Shown here in pieces: positions 9,415-18,525 of a stretch of 64,000 nt of DNA. Numbering within the stretch: the first letter of the stretch is position 1; each line of letters begins with the position of its first letter. The stretch spans positions 16,278-80,277 of the forward strand of contig CAZCWN010000001.1 in the NCBI GenBank assembly GCA_964502375.1. Direction: 5' to 3'. The notes under the pieces were generated by a model. That model searched no databases. It was not told the DNA's origin and saw nothing but the letters and a program-made list of their open reading frames with translations. The position numbers and the translations under genes are program-made. The DNA is from an uncultured Rhizobium sp. (GTDB taxonomy: Bacteria > Pseudomonadota > Alphaproteobacteria > Rickettsiales > UBA1997).

Positions 9415-10332
9415 TTATACTAAATTCGCGGCGAAAGTTTTGGCCTCAAATTCCTGCAAATCTTCTAATTTTTCACCGATACCTATAGCATAAATCGGCT
9501 TCTTAAATTTCTGTGCTAGCCCCACCACAATTCCACCTTTGGCAGTGCCGTCAAGCTTTGTAATTACTAGCCCAGTGATGCCCACAATCTGATTAAAAAT
9601 CTCTAATTGGTTGCGCGCATTTTGCCCTGTGGTGGCATCAAGCACCAACAAATTTTCATGTGGTGCTCTTTCATCAATTTTCTTCAGAACCAAATTAATT
9701 TTTTTTAATTCATCCATCAAATTCTGCTTGTTTTGCAGCCTTCCTGCAGTGTCGATCAATAAGACATCAAAGTTATTTTTTTTGGCAAAATCGAGAGCAC
9801 GGTAGGCGATTGCTGCCGGATCTTCATTATCTTTTTGTGGTAAAATAATTTCACAATCGGCTCTTTTTGCCCATACTTCTAATTGCTGCGAAGCCGCTGC
9901 CCTGAAGGTGTCGCAAGCTGCTATTAAAACTTTTTTATTTTGATTTTTTAAATTCGCCGCAATTTTTCCAATAGTAGTAGTTTTGCCGGCACCATTAACG
10001 CCATTAAAAATTATTACATACGGTTTTATTAATTCATCCAGCTTTGGCGCGCCCTGGCAAGGTTTTAAAATCTTCTCTATTTCTGCTGCCAAAAATTCTC
10101 TTACCTGATTATCATTAATGTTTTTTTCAAATTTTTTTTCTTTGAAATTTTTGATTATATCAGCAGCCACCTCACCGCCCATATCGCTTAGAATTAAAGC
10201 TTCTTCTAATTCTTCCAGCCTTTCTGCATCAAGTTTTTTATGAGTAAAAATTTGAGTAATTGCTGAAGAAATTTTGGTCGAACTATTCTTTAGCTGATCG
10301 GTGATTTTTGATTTAGAAAATATAGCAAACAT
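9415..10332 (-). CDS. ftsY: signal recognition particle receptor FtsY
   Basis: 305 aa with an NG domain: GVNGAGKTTTIGK, DTAGRL, TKLDGTAKGG. Confidence 0.95.
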   Translation of the reverse strand: MFAIFSKSKITDQLKNSSTKISSAITQIFTHKKLDAERLEELEEALILSDMGGEVAADIIKNFKEKKFEKNINDNQVREFLAAEIEKILKPCQGAPKLDELIKPYVIIFNGVNGAGKTTTIGKIAANLKNQNKKVLIAACDTFRAAASQQLEVWAKRADCEIILPQKDNEDPAAIAYRALDFAKKNNFDVLLIDTAGRLQNKQNLMDELKKINLVLKKIDERAPHENLLVLDATTGQNARNQLEIFNQIVGITGLVITKLDGTAKGGIVVGLAQKFKKPIYAIGIGEKLEDLQEFEAKTFAANLV

Positions 10333-11297
10333 TATCTTAAATAATTCTCTGGGTTAACGGCGTCGCGGCCTTTTCTTAAGCCGAAATAAAGTTGCGGTGA
10401 GTGAACATTACCAGTGGTTCCAACCGTGCCAATTACTCCGCCTTTAGAAATTTTTTGGCCACGTTTAACTGCAAACTTTTCCAAATGCGCATAGGCAGTA
10501 ATCCAGCCTCCTGAATGTTTGATGATCACCAAATTACCATAGCCCTTTAATTCATTGCCAACATAAGCAATCACGCCATCTTCTGCTGCTTTCACTTCGG
10601 CGCCTTCTCTAGCTTTAATGTTAATTCCGTCATTATAGAGCCCGCCTGGCTTGGGGCCGAATTTAGAAACCACCGTGCCACGCAAAGGCCAAGAAAAATG
10701 ATTTAATTTATCTAAAGTTTTTTCAATAAAACCGGGCTCAGGTTTTTTTTCTGAATTAGCTAAATGGAAATCTTTCTTTTGAGCTTTTTGCAATGGCTTT
10801 TTTTCTGTTTCTGCTACAGAAGCTTTATTTTCAAATTTGGCTATCCTGAGCTTTTGTCCAACCTTCACGCTGTAAGGCGCCTTCAAATCATTCATCTCAA
10901 TTAGATTATCAATTTTCATATTATGAGCGCGCGAAATTCCATAAAGCGTGTCGCCAGATTTTACTTCATAATAGTTTGGCGATGGAATTGCTAGCTTGGC
11001 TCCAGGCCTAAGGTTGTAAGGCGGGTTTAGATCATTCTGCTTGATTAAATCATGCACAGTGACCTGATATTTTTTGGAAACGCTATAAACAGTGTCTCCG
11101 GAACCAACTTCAACCTGATGATTTTTTGATTTGCTTGATGCAACAGTCGCGCTCTTTTGCTTACTGGCGCGATTTTTTTCTTTGCTTGTAGAATTATTTT
11201 TACTGTAAACATTTTTGCTGCGATTTATCACTTGCGAAGGCTTCTGGCTGCAAGAAGAAACAACAAAAACCAGTAAAAAGCTGATTAAGAATTTCAT
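10332..11297 (-). CDS. LysM-domain lipoprotein with a degenerate M23/LytM domain (NlpD-like activator)
   Basis: Lipobox VSSC, two LysM repeats (GDTVYSVSKKY..., GDTLYGISRAH...) and a C-terminal LytM fold. The catalytic HxxxD and HxH positions read NDGINI and SPQLYF, so the Zn ligands are lost. Confidence 0.85.
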   Translation of the reverse strand: MKFLISFLLVFVVSSCSQKPSQVINRSKNVYSKNNSTSKEKNRASKQKSATVASSKSKNHQVEVGSGDTVYSVSKKYQVTVHDLIKQNDLNPPYNLRPGAKLAIPSPNYYEVKSGDTLYGISRAHNMKIDNLIEMNDLKAPYSVKVGQKLRIAKFENKASVAETEKKPLQKAQKKDFHLANSEKKPEPGFIEKTLDKLNHFSWPLRGTVVSKFGPKPGGLYNDGINIKAREGAEVKAAEDGVIAYVGNELKGYGNLVIIKHSGGWITAYAHLEKFAVKRGQKISKGGVIGTVGTTGNVHSPQLYFGLRKGRDAVNPENYLR

Positions 11298-11386
11298 TTT
11301 AAAATGAGGTTGGCTTTGATGCTGCAGAGGTAGTCTCTAAGTAAATATATCCACCACTTTCAAATTAGCAATTTTGAGAAACGATT

Positions 11387-12199
11387 ATGCAATTTTTTTT
11401 CCACTTCAATAACCACCTCACTTTAGAAATACAGATTCTTCTTATTGCAGTTTTGGCGCTAATTTCAGGCAGTTTCGCCAGTTTGCTAAGTTACCGCATG
11501 ATTAAAAACCAACCAATTATTTTTGCCCGGTCGCGCTGCGGGAATTGCCAAACCAACTTAAAAATTCGTAATTTAATCCCTCTTTTTTCTTGGATTTTTC
11601 AGCGTGGTAAATGCAGCAATTGTCATGAAAAAATCTCTGTTCGTTATCCGCTGATTGAACTAATTTTTTTGGTGAGTTTTTTGACTATATTTTTTGCCCT
11701 GCATCAAGAAATAAGCTGGAGAATGATCATATTGTTTTTGATTACTGCTACTATGATCATCATGTGCATAGTTGATCTTGAAGAATATTTTATTCCCAAC
11801 TCCACCCAATATTTTCTAGCTGTTTTAGCAACAATTCTGGTGCTTTTAGATGGCGGGGTTCCTTTAGTTTTAATCAATTTAAAGCCAGCATTTCTCTATA
11901 TGGCCTTTGGCATTTGCCTATATGCCTTTTTTTACTATGTGGCCAATATCGAGGCGCTAGGAATTGATGATATGAAATTTTTCTTCGTCGCTGGCTTCAT
12001 GCTTGGGCTCAAAAATTTCGTGATTTTCATGTTGCTGAGCGGTGTTTTTGGGCTGCTATTTGGATCAATATGGCAGAAAGTAAAAAAAGAAGAGGCTTTC
12101 CCATTTGCCCCGGCGATATGTCTTTCCACCTTCCTGTGCCTGCTTTTCGACAAACACTTCAACCCCGTTGATTTGCTGGGCTCGCTGTTATTTTTCTAG
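11387..12199 (+). CDS. pilD: prepilin (type IV leader) peptidase, A24 family
   Basis: 270 aa. It has the N-terminal Zn-finger-like CGNC...CSNC region followed by multi-TM A24 peptidase segments with conserved Asp residues (VDLEE, GIDDMKF). Confidence 0.85.
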   Translation: MQFFFHFNNHLTLEIQILLIAVLALISGSFASLLSYRMIKNQPIIFARSRCGNCQTNLKIRNLIPLFSWIFQRGKCSNCHEKISVRYPLIELIFLVSFLTIFFALHQEISWRMIILFLITATMIIMCIVDLEEYFIPNSTQYFLAVLATILVLLDGGVPLVLINLKPAFLYMAFGICLYAFFYYVANIEALGIDDMKFFFVAGFMLGLKNFVIFMLLSGVFGLLFGSIWQKVKKEEAFPFAPAICLSTFLCLLFDKHFNPVDLLGSLLFF

Positions 12200-12922
12200 A
12201 ATCTTTAATGCTAATTTTTTCCTGGGCGCCAATTTTTCTTGTCTATTTTCAAAGATAAATTTTTCTAAAAAATATCCACTTAATTTTAAACCGTCCGAAA
12301 GATCTTCACTGTTAATTTGCCTATCTTCTTCAAGCAAGAAACCAGGCAATCTAAGTAATTTATTTTTATAAGGACTGCCTGCCACAAGCGACACTGCCCG
12401 CGCTGATTTAGTTGATACAAAAGCCAAATCAATTTTCGCACCAGTTACCACGCAAGAAGACAGATCAACGCCATATCCCAGGGTTTTTAAAATTTTTAAT
12501 TCCAGCTTGATATAAGAAGATAAAAATTTTTCCGCCGAGCTTTCTTCAGAAGAAATTTCTCGCAAAAAAAGCAGCAATTTTTCAAAGAGAGCTGGTTGAC
12601 TTTCACGCTCTAAGAAAGATTCATCAATTATTGAAAATAAAGAGTTCAAACAATCAATTCGCAGGGAATCAAAAATTATTTTTGAGCAGTAAGACTTGAC
12701 TAAATCAACACAAAAAAATTGGCCAAGATTTTCTTCAATTCGTGCCCGGAATTCAAAATCTATAAGATTACCAATTTGAAAAGTTGCCCTGTCCTTCGTT
12801 GATTTTACTGATTTGATAAAGCCGCGATATACACCATGCTGACGTGAAAAAACTTTAACGATTAAAGAATTTTCGCCATATTTTTTGCTACTTATGATTA
12901 TCCCTTCATCTCTGAATTTCAT
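12188..12922 (-). CDS. recO: DNA repair protein RecO
   Basis: 244 aa. It has an N-terminal OB-fold pattern (DEGIII..KKYGENS.IVKVFS..HG.YRGF) and RecO-like length and helical C-terminus. Confidence 0.85.
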   Translation of the reverse strand: MKFRDEGIIISSKKYGENSLIVKVFSRQHGVYRGFIKSVKSTKDRATFQIGNLIDFEFRARIEENLGQFFCVDLVKSYCSKIIFDSLRIDCLNSLFSIIDESFLERESQPALFEKLLLFLREISSEESSAEKFLSSYIKLELKILKTLGYGVDLSSCVVTGAKIDLAFVSTKSARAVSLVAGSPYKNKLLRLPGFLLEEDRQINSEDLSDGLKLSGYFLEKFIFENRQEKLAPRKKLALKILEK

Positions 12923-13817
12923 CTTTTAAAGAAAGTAAAAAATTTAAAGCCGCTTTAGAATCAGTAAATACGTGCTTTTGTGGCAATTGATTGCGAAACC
13001 AAGTAAGCTGTCTTTTAGCATAATTTCTAGTTTTTTGGGTGGCAATTTCCAACATTTTTTCACGATTTAATTCACCCTTTAGGAAAGCACGAATTTCATA
13101 AAATCCTAGAGTTTTGGTAATTTGTTTATCATCGCTAATGCCTTGTTCTATCAGGGTTCTCACCTCTTCTAAAGCACCTGATTGCAGCATTTTTTCAAAA
13201 CGTCTATTGCAAGTGTCATAAAGTTTTTTGCGATCAGGATTTAAATTAATGTGAATAAATTTTGTCTCAGGGAAAATTATTTTATTTGGTTGTTTTTGCC
13301 AAAAAGATATTATTTTGCCAGTTTGTAAAAAAACCTCGTAAGCCCTGATCAGACGCTGTTTATCGGCTATTTTATTTTCTCCAATTTCAAGCAATTTTCT
13401 TTGCAATTCTTCATGACCAAATTTTTCATAAAATTCACGCGCTTCATTTTTCACTGCTTCATCAATTGATGGAATTTCTGAAATTCCTTCCACCAATTTT
13501 GAAATATACATCCCACTTCCACCAACAATTATTGGCAATTTCTTTTCTCTCCATGCCCCTTCAACCACTGATTTTACAAGGCTAAGCCAGGTTGCAACTG
13601 ATGATGATTCATTGGGCTTTAAATAAGAATATAAGAAATGTTTTACTTTTTTTTGTTCCTCATGAGTGGGTTGCGAAGATAAAATTGGCAAGCCTTCATA
13701 GAGTTGTAAAGAATCAGCATTAATGATAACAATATCCATTTCATCCGCCATTTTCAATGCCAGAGCGGATTTTCCAGAAGCAGTGGGCCCAGAGATTATT
13801 ATGATTTTTTCATCCAT
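12906..13817 (-). CDS. miaA: tRNA dimethylallyltransferase
   Basis: P-loop GPTASGKS, INADS.QLY, PIIVGGSGMY, and a C-terminal YAKRQ.TWFR. Confidence 0.95.
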   Translation of the reverse strand: MDEKIIIISGPTASGKSALALKMADEMDIVIINADSLQLYEGLPILSSQPTHEEQKKVKHFLYSYLKPNESSSVATWLSLVKSVVEGAWREKKLPIIVGGSGMYISKLVEGISEIPSIDEAVKNEAREFYEKFGHEELQRKLLEIGENKIADKQRLIRAYEVFLQTGKIISFWQKQPNKIIFPETKFIHINLNPDRKKLYDTCNRRFEKMLQSGALEEVRTLIEQGISDDKQITKTLGFYEIRAFLKGELNREKMLEIATQKTRNYAKRQLTWFRNQLPQKHVFTDSKAALNFLLSLKDEIQR

Positions 13818-14790
13818 TTTGTAAAATTTTTTTTAGCATTTTTAGGTCGTCAGCTAAATCAATTTCAAAGGCCATTTCTTTCTCAGTGCGCGGGTGGGAG
13901 AAGTTGATTTTGTAAGAGTGAAGAGCCTGGCGTGGAAAATTTTGCACAATTTTTTTTGCTTCATCCGATAAATTATTGGGCGGATTTTTTTTGCAAGAAT
14001 TGTATAATTGATCACCAACTAAAGAGTGCTTCATTGATTCTAGATGCACGCGAATTTGATGAGTCCTGCCAGTTTCCAGCCGACATTCAAGAAGGCTCAC
14101 AAAGCCGTCTAAAAAAATTTCCTTCGTTTCATAATGCGTGATAGCGTTTCTACCAGCAAGGCGCGAAATTACCATTTTCAGGCGGTTGGTTTTTGAGCGC
14201 ACAATATTTTTGTTTATGGTGCCAGAGGAAGGCGTCAACTGCCCGTAAACAAAGGCTAGATAGCTTCTTTTAACTTCGCGGTCTTTTAATTTTTGGCTGA
14301 GTTTGTGATGAGTAAAATCATTCTTGGCAACCAGCATCAAGCCGCTTGTATCCTTGTCTAAGCGATGAACAATACCAGGGCGAAATTCACCATTAATTTG
14401 CGATAATTTATTTTGATGGGTGAATAAAAGAGCATTGACAAGAGTATCATCATGATTGCCTGCACCAGGATGAACAGTAAGGCCAGCTGGTTTGTTAATC
14501 ACTAATAAATCCTCATCTTCGAAAATAATTTCAAAGGCAATTTCCTTGGCCTGCAAATGCGAAGTTTTTGGCACAGGAACGAGAACAAAAATTTTCTGAC
14601 CAATTTTAACTTTTTGTGAAGCAGCGCTGAAGGGCTGGTTTTTCTCATCCACCACCAATTTCTCTTCAATAAAATTCTGAATTTTACTACGCGTAATTTC
14701 CGGATTTTGTGATGAAAATTTTTCTGCTAATAATTTGTCTAGCCTTACTCCTCCTTCATTCTCACCAACTATAAACTCAAATTTTGTCAT
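13810..14790 (-). CDS. rluD: RluA-family pseudouridine synthase (RluD-like, with S4 domain)
   Basis: N-terminal S4-like RLDK.L, the catalytic HRLDKDTSGL motif, and GRTHQIRVH. Confidence 0.9.
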   Translation of the reverse strand: MTKFEFIVGENEGGVRLDKLLAEKFSSQNPEITRSKIQNFIEEKLVVDEKNQPFSAASQKVKIGQKIFVLVPVPKTSHLQAKEIAFEIIFEDEDLLVINKPAGLTVHPGAGNHDDTLVNALLFTHQNKLSQINGEFRPGIVHRLDKDTSGLMLVAKNDFTHHKLSQKLKDREVKRSYLAFVYGQLTPSSGTINKNIVRSKTNRLKMVISRLAGRNAITHYETKEIFLDGFVSLLECRLETGRTHQIRVHLESMKHSLVGDQLYNSCKKNPPNNLSDEAKKIVQNFPRQALHSYKINFSHPRTEKEMAFEIDLADDLKMLKKILQNG

Positions 14791-15208
14791 TAATTAAAAC
14801 CTCTCGCGCTTCCTCATTTGTTCCTGGAATAGGTTTTATTTCTATTTCCCGATAATTTTTTCTTAAAAATTTATAGGCAATTTCAGGCCATTCAATTAAA
14901 GAAATTCCATTTTTTAAAGCATCAAAGAACCCAATGTTTTCAAGCTCTTCCTCATTTTTTAAACGATATAAATCAAAGTGAAAAATTTCACCTTTTTTAC
15001 TGTTATAAGAATAAAGCAAATTGAAGGTTGGGCTCAAAATTTCGCGTGGTTTTTCGCTTAAAAAATTAATAAAATTTTTAGCAAAAAAACTCTTGCCCGC
15101 CCCTAATGTTCCCTTCAAACCAATCACATCTCCAATATGTGTTTGAGCAGCTATTTCTTTGGCTAGATCAGCCATTTCGCTTTTAGAATTAATCAGAATT
15201 TTTTTCAC
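14777..15208 (-). CDS. tsaE: tRNA t6A37 biosynthesis ATPase TsaE
   Basis: 143 aa with L.G.LGAGKS, SPTF.L...Y and H.DLYRL. Confidence 0.9.
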   Translation of the reverse strand: MKKILINSKSEMADLAKEIAAQTHIGDVIGLKGTLGAGKSFFAKNFINFLSEKPREILSPTFNLLYSYNSKKGEIFHFDLYRLKNEEELENIGFFDALKNGISLIEWPEIAYKFLRKNYREIEIKPIPGTNEEAREVLINDKI

Positions 15209-16002
15209 AATAAGTCAAATATTGTTTCAATCGGAACATGATCAGAAGGCTGATTTTCAATGCGAAAATTATGATGGATTTTCATTGATTTAATATGGGC
15301 TTTTAAATTAGGAGTTGCCCAAATGTGATCAAGCCTGCGGCCTCTATCCGATCCAAGAGGGTCAAGGGCGCGATAGCTCCACCAACTATAGAGTTTTTCG
15401 TTTTTATCGACAAAAAATCGATGCGTATCAATCCAATCTAAGCTTTGTTGAAGCATAGCCATTTTTTCTATCTCAATTGCTGTGTGCGAAACTACGTTCA
15501 GCATTTGCTTGTGCGACCATACATCATGTTCAAGCGGGGCGATATTTAAGTCTCCCACCATAATAATTTTTTTATCTTTTTGCGCGGCAAAAAATTCGCT
15601 CATCCAATCAATAAATTTTAGCTTATGATCAAATTTATGATTAAGCGCGGCATCAGGAATATCACCGCCTGCTGGCACATAGAAATTATGCAAAAACACT
15701 TCACCAAGGCTGGTTTCAAGCGCAGCAGAAATATGGCGTTTATGGCCATAATCCAAAATATCGATTTTCTGCACTTTACTCAAAGGAACTTTGGATAAAA
15801 TTGCCACCCCATTATAAGATTTTTCCCCAAAAAATTCGATATATTCAAAGCCTAAGGCACGCGCTTCAAGTGCTGGAAACAATTCGTCACAAACTTTTAT
15901 TTCTTGTAAGCAAATTACATCAGGATTGGCCATGTCGATAAATTTCTTAAGCAACGGCAAGCGCAAACGTAGAGAATTGATATTCCAAGAAACTATTTTC
16001 AT
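15205..16002 (-). CDS. xth: exodeoxyribonuclease III (AP endonuclease)
   Basis: SWN.NS.R, CLQE.K, GD.N.AP...D and a C-terminal SDH.P are the hallmarks of the ExoIII/APE1 family. Confidence 0.95.
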   Translation of the reverse strand: MKIVSWNINSLRLRLPLLKKFIDMANPDVICLQEIKVCDELFPALEARALGFEYIEFFGEKSYNGVAILSKVPLSKVQKIDILDYGHKRHISAALETSLGEVFLHNFYVPAGGDIPDAALNHKFDHKLKFIDWMSEFFAAQKDKKIIMVGDLNIAPLEHDVWSHKQMLNVVSHTAIEIEKMAMLQQSLDWIDTHRFFVDKNEKLYSWWSYRALDPLGSDRGRRLDHIWATPNLKAHIKSMKIHHNFRIENQPSDHVPIETIFDLL

Positions 16003-16790
16003 TATTTTATTTCATAGGTCACCATAACACTGATGACAATTTTTTGTTCACCCGCCTCTATTTGCGGAACCATTATTTGTGCAGCGATAAGTGGTTTTGT
16101 TGTCATAGAGCGCACCCCCATTAGCGGCATTGAATTATTTTCACTGAAATTTACAAATCGGCCAAGCTTTACACCCACAGCCTTTGCCGTTAATTCCGCA
16201 TCTTTTTTAGCTTTTTCAATCGCTTCAGCGCGGGCTTTAGCTTTGAATTTTTCTTGATCCTCAATTGCAAATGACAAGCCCCCTACTTCACCAACAGCAA
16301 GCTTCGCAGCCTCACTAAAAATTTCACCCGCCGTCTCAAGTTTGCGCAATTTTACAGCAATAGTTTCGCTAGCCTCATAGCCAGTTAAAATTTGCTTTGC
16401 CGGCGGACAAATTGGTTTGAAACAAACTGTGGGTTCGTAAGAATATTTTGGATAAGTGTTATAATTTTCGGTTTTTATATCTTTCTCATCAATGCCTTTT
16501 TCTTTCAGCATTTGTAAAGCTTTATTGGCTTTCTCTGTCATTTTTTGCTGCGCTTTTTCAACTTCTTTTTCTTCTTCGCGAACTGTGATAAAAAAATAAG
16601 CAATATCAGGCTTAGGCTTAGCGGTAATATCCGCGCTGCCATAGCCTGTAATAGTGCTAACCGCCATAGCGCTTCTTTTCTTAATCGACACATCATTGAT
16701 CACAGCAAAAGATTGTATCAGCAGAAAAAAACTCAACACCATAATTAATATAGTGAGAGGGGCTCTTTGTTCGTCAAAAAAATTTTTCAT
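16002..16790 (-). CDS. SIMPL/DUF541 periplasmic protein (BP26/Omp28-like)
   Basis: 262 aa. It has an N-terminal TM/signal anchor, a Lys/Glu-rich helical middle (KAKARAEAIEKAKKDAE) and the SIMPL-type end (I.AGE..I...V.V.YEI). Confidence 0.8.
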   Translation of the reverse strand: MKNFFDEQRAPLTILIMVLSFFLLIQSFAVINDVSIKKRSAMAVSTITGYGSADITAKPKPDIAYFFITVREEEKEVEKAQQKMTEKANKALQMLKEKGIDEKDIKTENYNTYPKYSYEPTVCFKPICPPAKQILTGYEASETIAVKLRKLETAGEIFSEAAKLAVGEVGGLSFAIEDQEKFKAKARAEAIEKAKKDAELTAKAVGVKLGRFVNFSENNSMPLMGVRSMTTKPLIAAQIMVPQIEAGEQKIVISVMVTYEIK

Positions 16791-16792
16791 AA

Positions 16793-18394
16793 TTATTTGG
16801 TCTCCAACCTTGGAAATACAGCCTTTGGTTCATTTATTTTATGCCCTGCAAGCAACGAGTTATTTAGAAAAGAGAAATTTCTTTGTGAACTTTCGATGTT
16901 TAATAAATCGAGAATTTTTGCGGCACTTTCGGGCACAAAAGGTAATAATAAAATAGCGATTAAACGGATTGACTCAGCCGCTTCCGACAGGGCTTCGTTC
17001 ATTTCGGAAATTTTATTTTCTTTTTTCAAATTCCACGGCGCGGCATCATTAAAATTGCGATTAACTATTGTGGCAAACTCAACAATTGCAGCAATTGCTT
17101 TATCAAAAGCAAAATTTTTCATGGCCGTAAAAACCTGTTCTGCATAAGGCTCAAGCAGGGTTTTGGCATGTTTAGGAGCGGCCAAAATTTTTCCGTCACA
17201 ATTTTTAAAAATCATCGTGAGTGAGCGCTGTACTAGATTGCCAATATTATTGGCCAGTTCTGCGTTAATGCGGGTGATAAAAGCAGTGCGCGAATAATCA
17301 CCATCATTGCCAAAGGGAACTTCACGCAACAAAAAATATTTAAAATAATCCACAGCCGTCTCACTGCCACAGCCTAGGCTTTCTAACCATTCTAATTCTT
17401 TTAGCGTATCAATTACATTTCCCACTGATTTAGAAATTTTTTGCCCACAATTTGTCCACCAACCATGAGCATAAATGCTGTGCGGAATGTTTAAATTCGC
17501 GGCCATCAAGAAAGCAGGCCAATAAACAGCATGAAACCGCACAATATCTTTGCCAACCATATGAACCGGCGAATCAACTGTGTTGTACCAAAATTTTTGA
17601 TAAAGTTCGGCGTTTTCGTTAGGAAAACCAAGGGCAGAAATGTAATTGGTTAAGGCATCCAACCAAACATACATAACATGTTTTTGCTCAGGATTATCAG
17701 CGCTTGATGGCACTTTTACGCCCCAAGAAAATGAAGTGCGCGAAATAGATAAATCTTTCAACCCGCTTTTAACAAAAGACACCACTTCATTAAAGCGCGA
17801 TTGAGGGCGAATAAAGTCTGGCGCGGCTTCATAAAGGGTTAATAATTTTTCTTGGAAAGCAGAAAGCTTAAAAAAATAGCTCTCTTCTTTATGCCAACTA
17901 ACTTCGGCACCAGTGGGAGCCTTGCCATCTATTAATTCATCTTCTGCATAAAAAGCTTCATCGCGCACAGCATACCAACCCTCATAAGTGCCTTTGTAAA
18001 TCCAACCATTTTTCTCAAGAATTTCCCAAAATTTTTGCGCGCATTTTTTGTGACGATTTTCGGTGGTGCGGATAAAATCATTATTAGAAAGCTTTAGAAT
18101 TTGTGCTAACTCACGAAATTTTAGTGATACTTCATCACAAAATTCTTGTGGATTCTTGCCGCGCGCCAAAGCCGATTTTTCTACTTTCTGACCATGCTCA
18201 TCAGTGCCGGTTAAAAAATAAACATTATAACCATCAAGCCTTTTGAAACGCGCCACCACATCGCATGCAATAGAGGTGTAAGCGTGGCCGATATGCGGCA
18301 CATCATTAACGTAATAAATTGGCGACGTGATATAAAAATTTTTATTCTCTGATTGCTCTAAAAAAACATCATGATTTTCAGATTTCTGCACCAT
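16793..18394 (-). CDS. metG: methionyl-tRNA synthetase
   Basis: 533 aa. Class I signatures HIGH (PHIGHAYT) and KMSKS (KISKSVGN) with MetRS-typical context. Confidence 0.95.
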   Translation of the reverse strand: MVQKSENHDVFLEQSENKNFYITSPIYYVNDVPHIGHAYTSIACDVVARFKRLDGYNVYFLTGTDEHGQKVEKSALARGKNPQEFCDEVSLKFRELAQILKLSNNDFIRTTENRHKKCAQKFWEILEKNGWIYKGTYEGWYAVRDEAFYAEDELIDGKAPTGAEVSWHKEESYFFKLSAFQEKLLTLYEAAPDFIRPQSRFNEVVSFVKSGLKDLSISRTSFSWGVKVPSSADNPEQKHVMYVWLDALTNYISALGFPNENAELYQKFWYNTVDSPVHMVGKDIVRFHAVYWPAFLMAANLNIPHSIYAHGWWTNCGQKISKSVGNVIDTLKELEWLESLGCGSETAVDYFKYFLLREVPFGNDGDYSRTAFITRINAELANNIGNLVQRSLTMIFKNCDGKILAAPKHAKTLLEPYAEQVFTAMKNFAFDKAIAAIVEFATIVNRNFNDAAPWNLKKENKISEMNEALSEAAESIRLIAILLLPFVPESAAKILDLLNIESSQRNFSFLNNSLLAGHKINEPKAVFPRLETK

Positions 18395-18495
18395 TTTATT
18401 TGTTTTTTGATTTATGATTTGTATTTTCTGCGCCCTTGATTTTAGGGGGTTTGCCCAGTTTCTGGAAGATACATAAATAAATCAACTTTTAAAAC

Positions 18496-18525
18496 GTCAT
18501 TCACACAAATGTCATTTACACAAAA
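18496..18525 (+). repeat. tandem 15-bp near-repeat spanning the prfA start codon
   Basis: GTCATTCACACAAAT / GTCATTTACACAAAA share 13 of 15 positions. The prfA ATG (18509-18511) bridges the junction. Confidence 0.9.
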
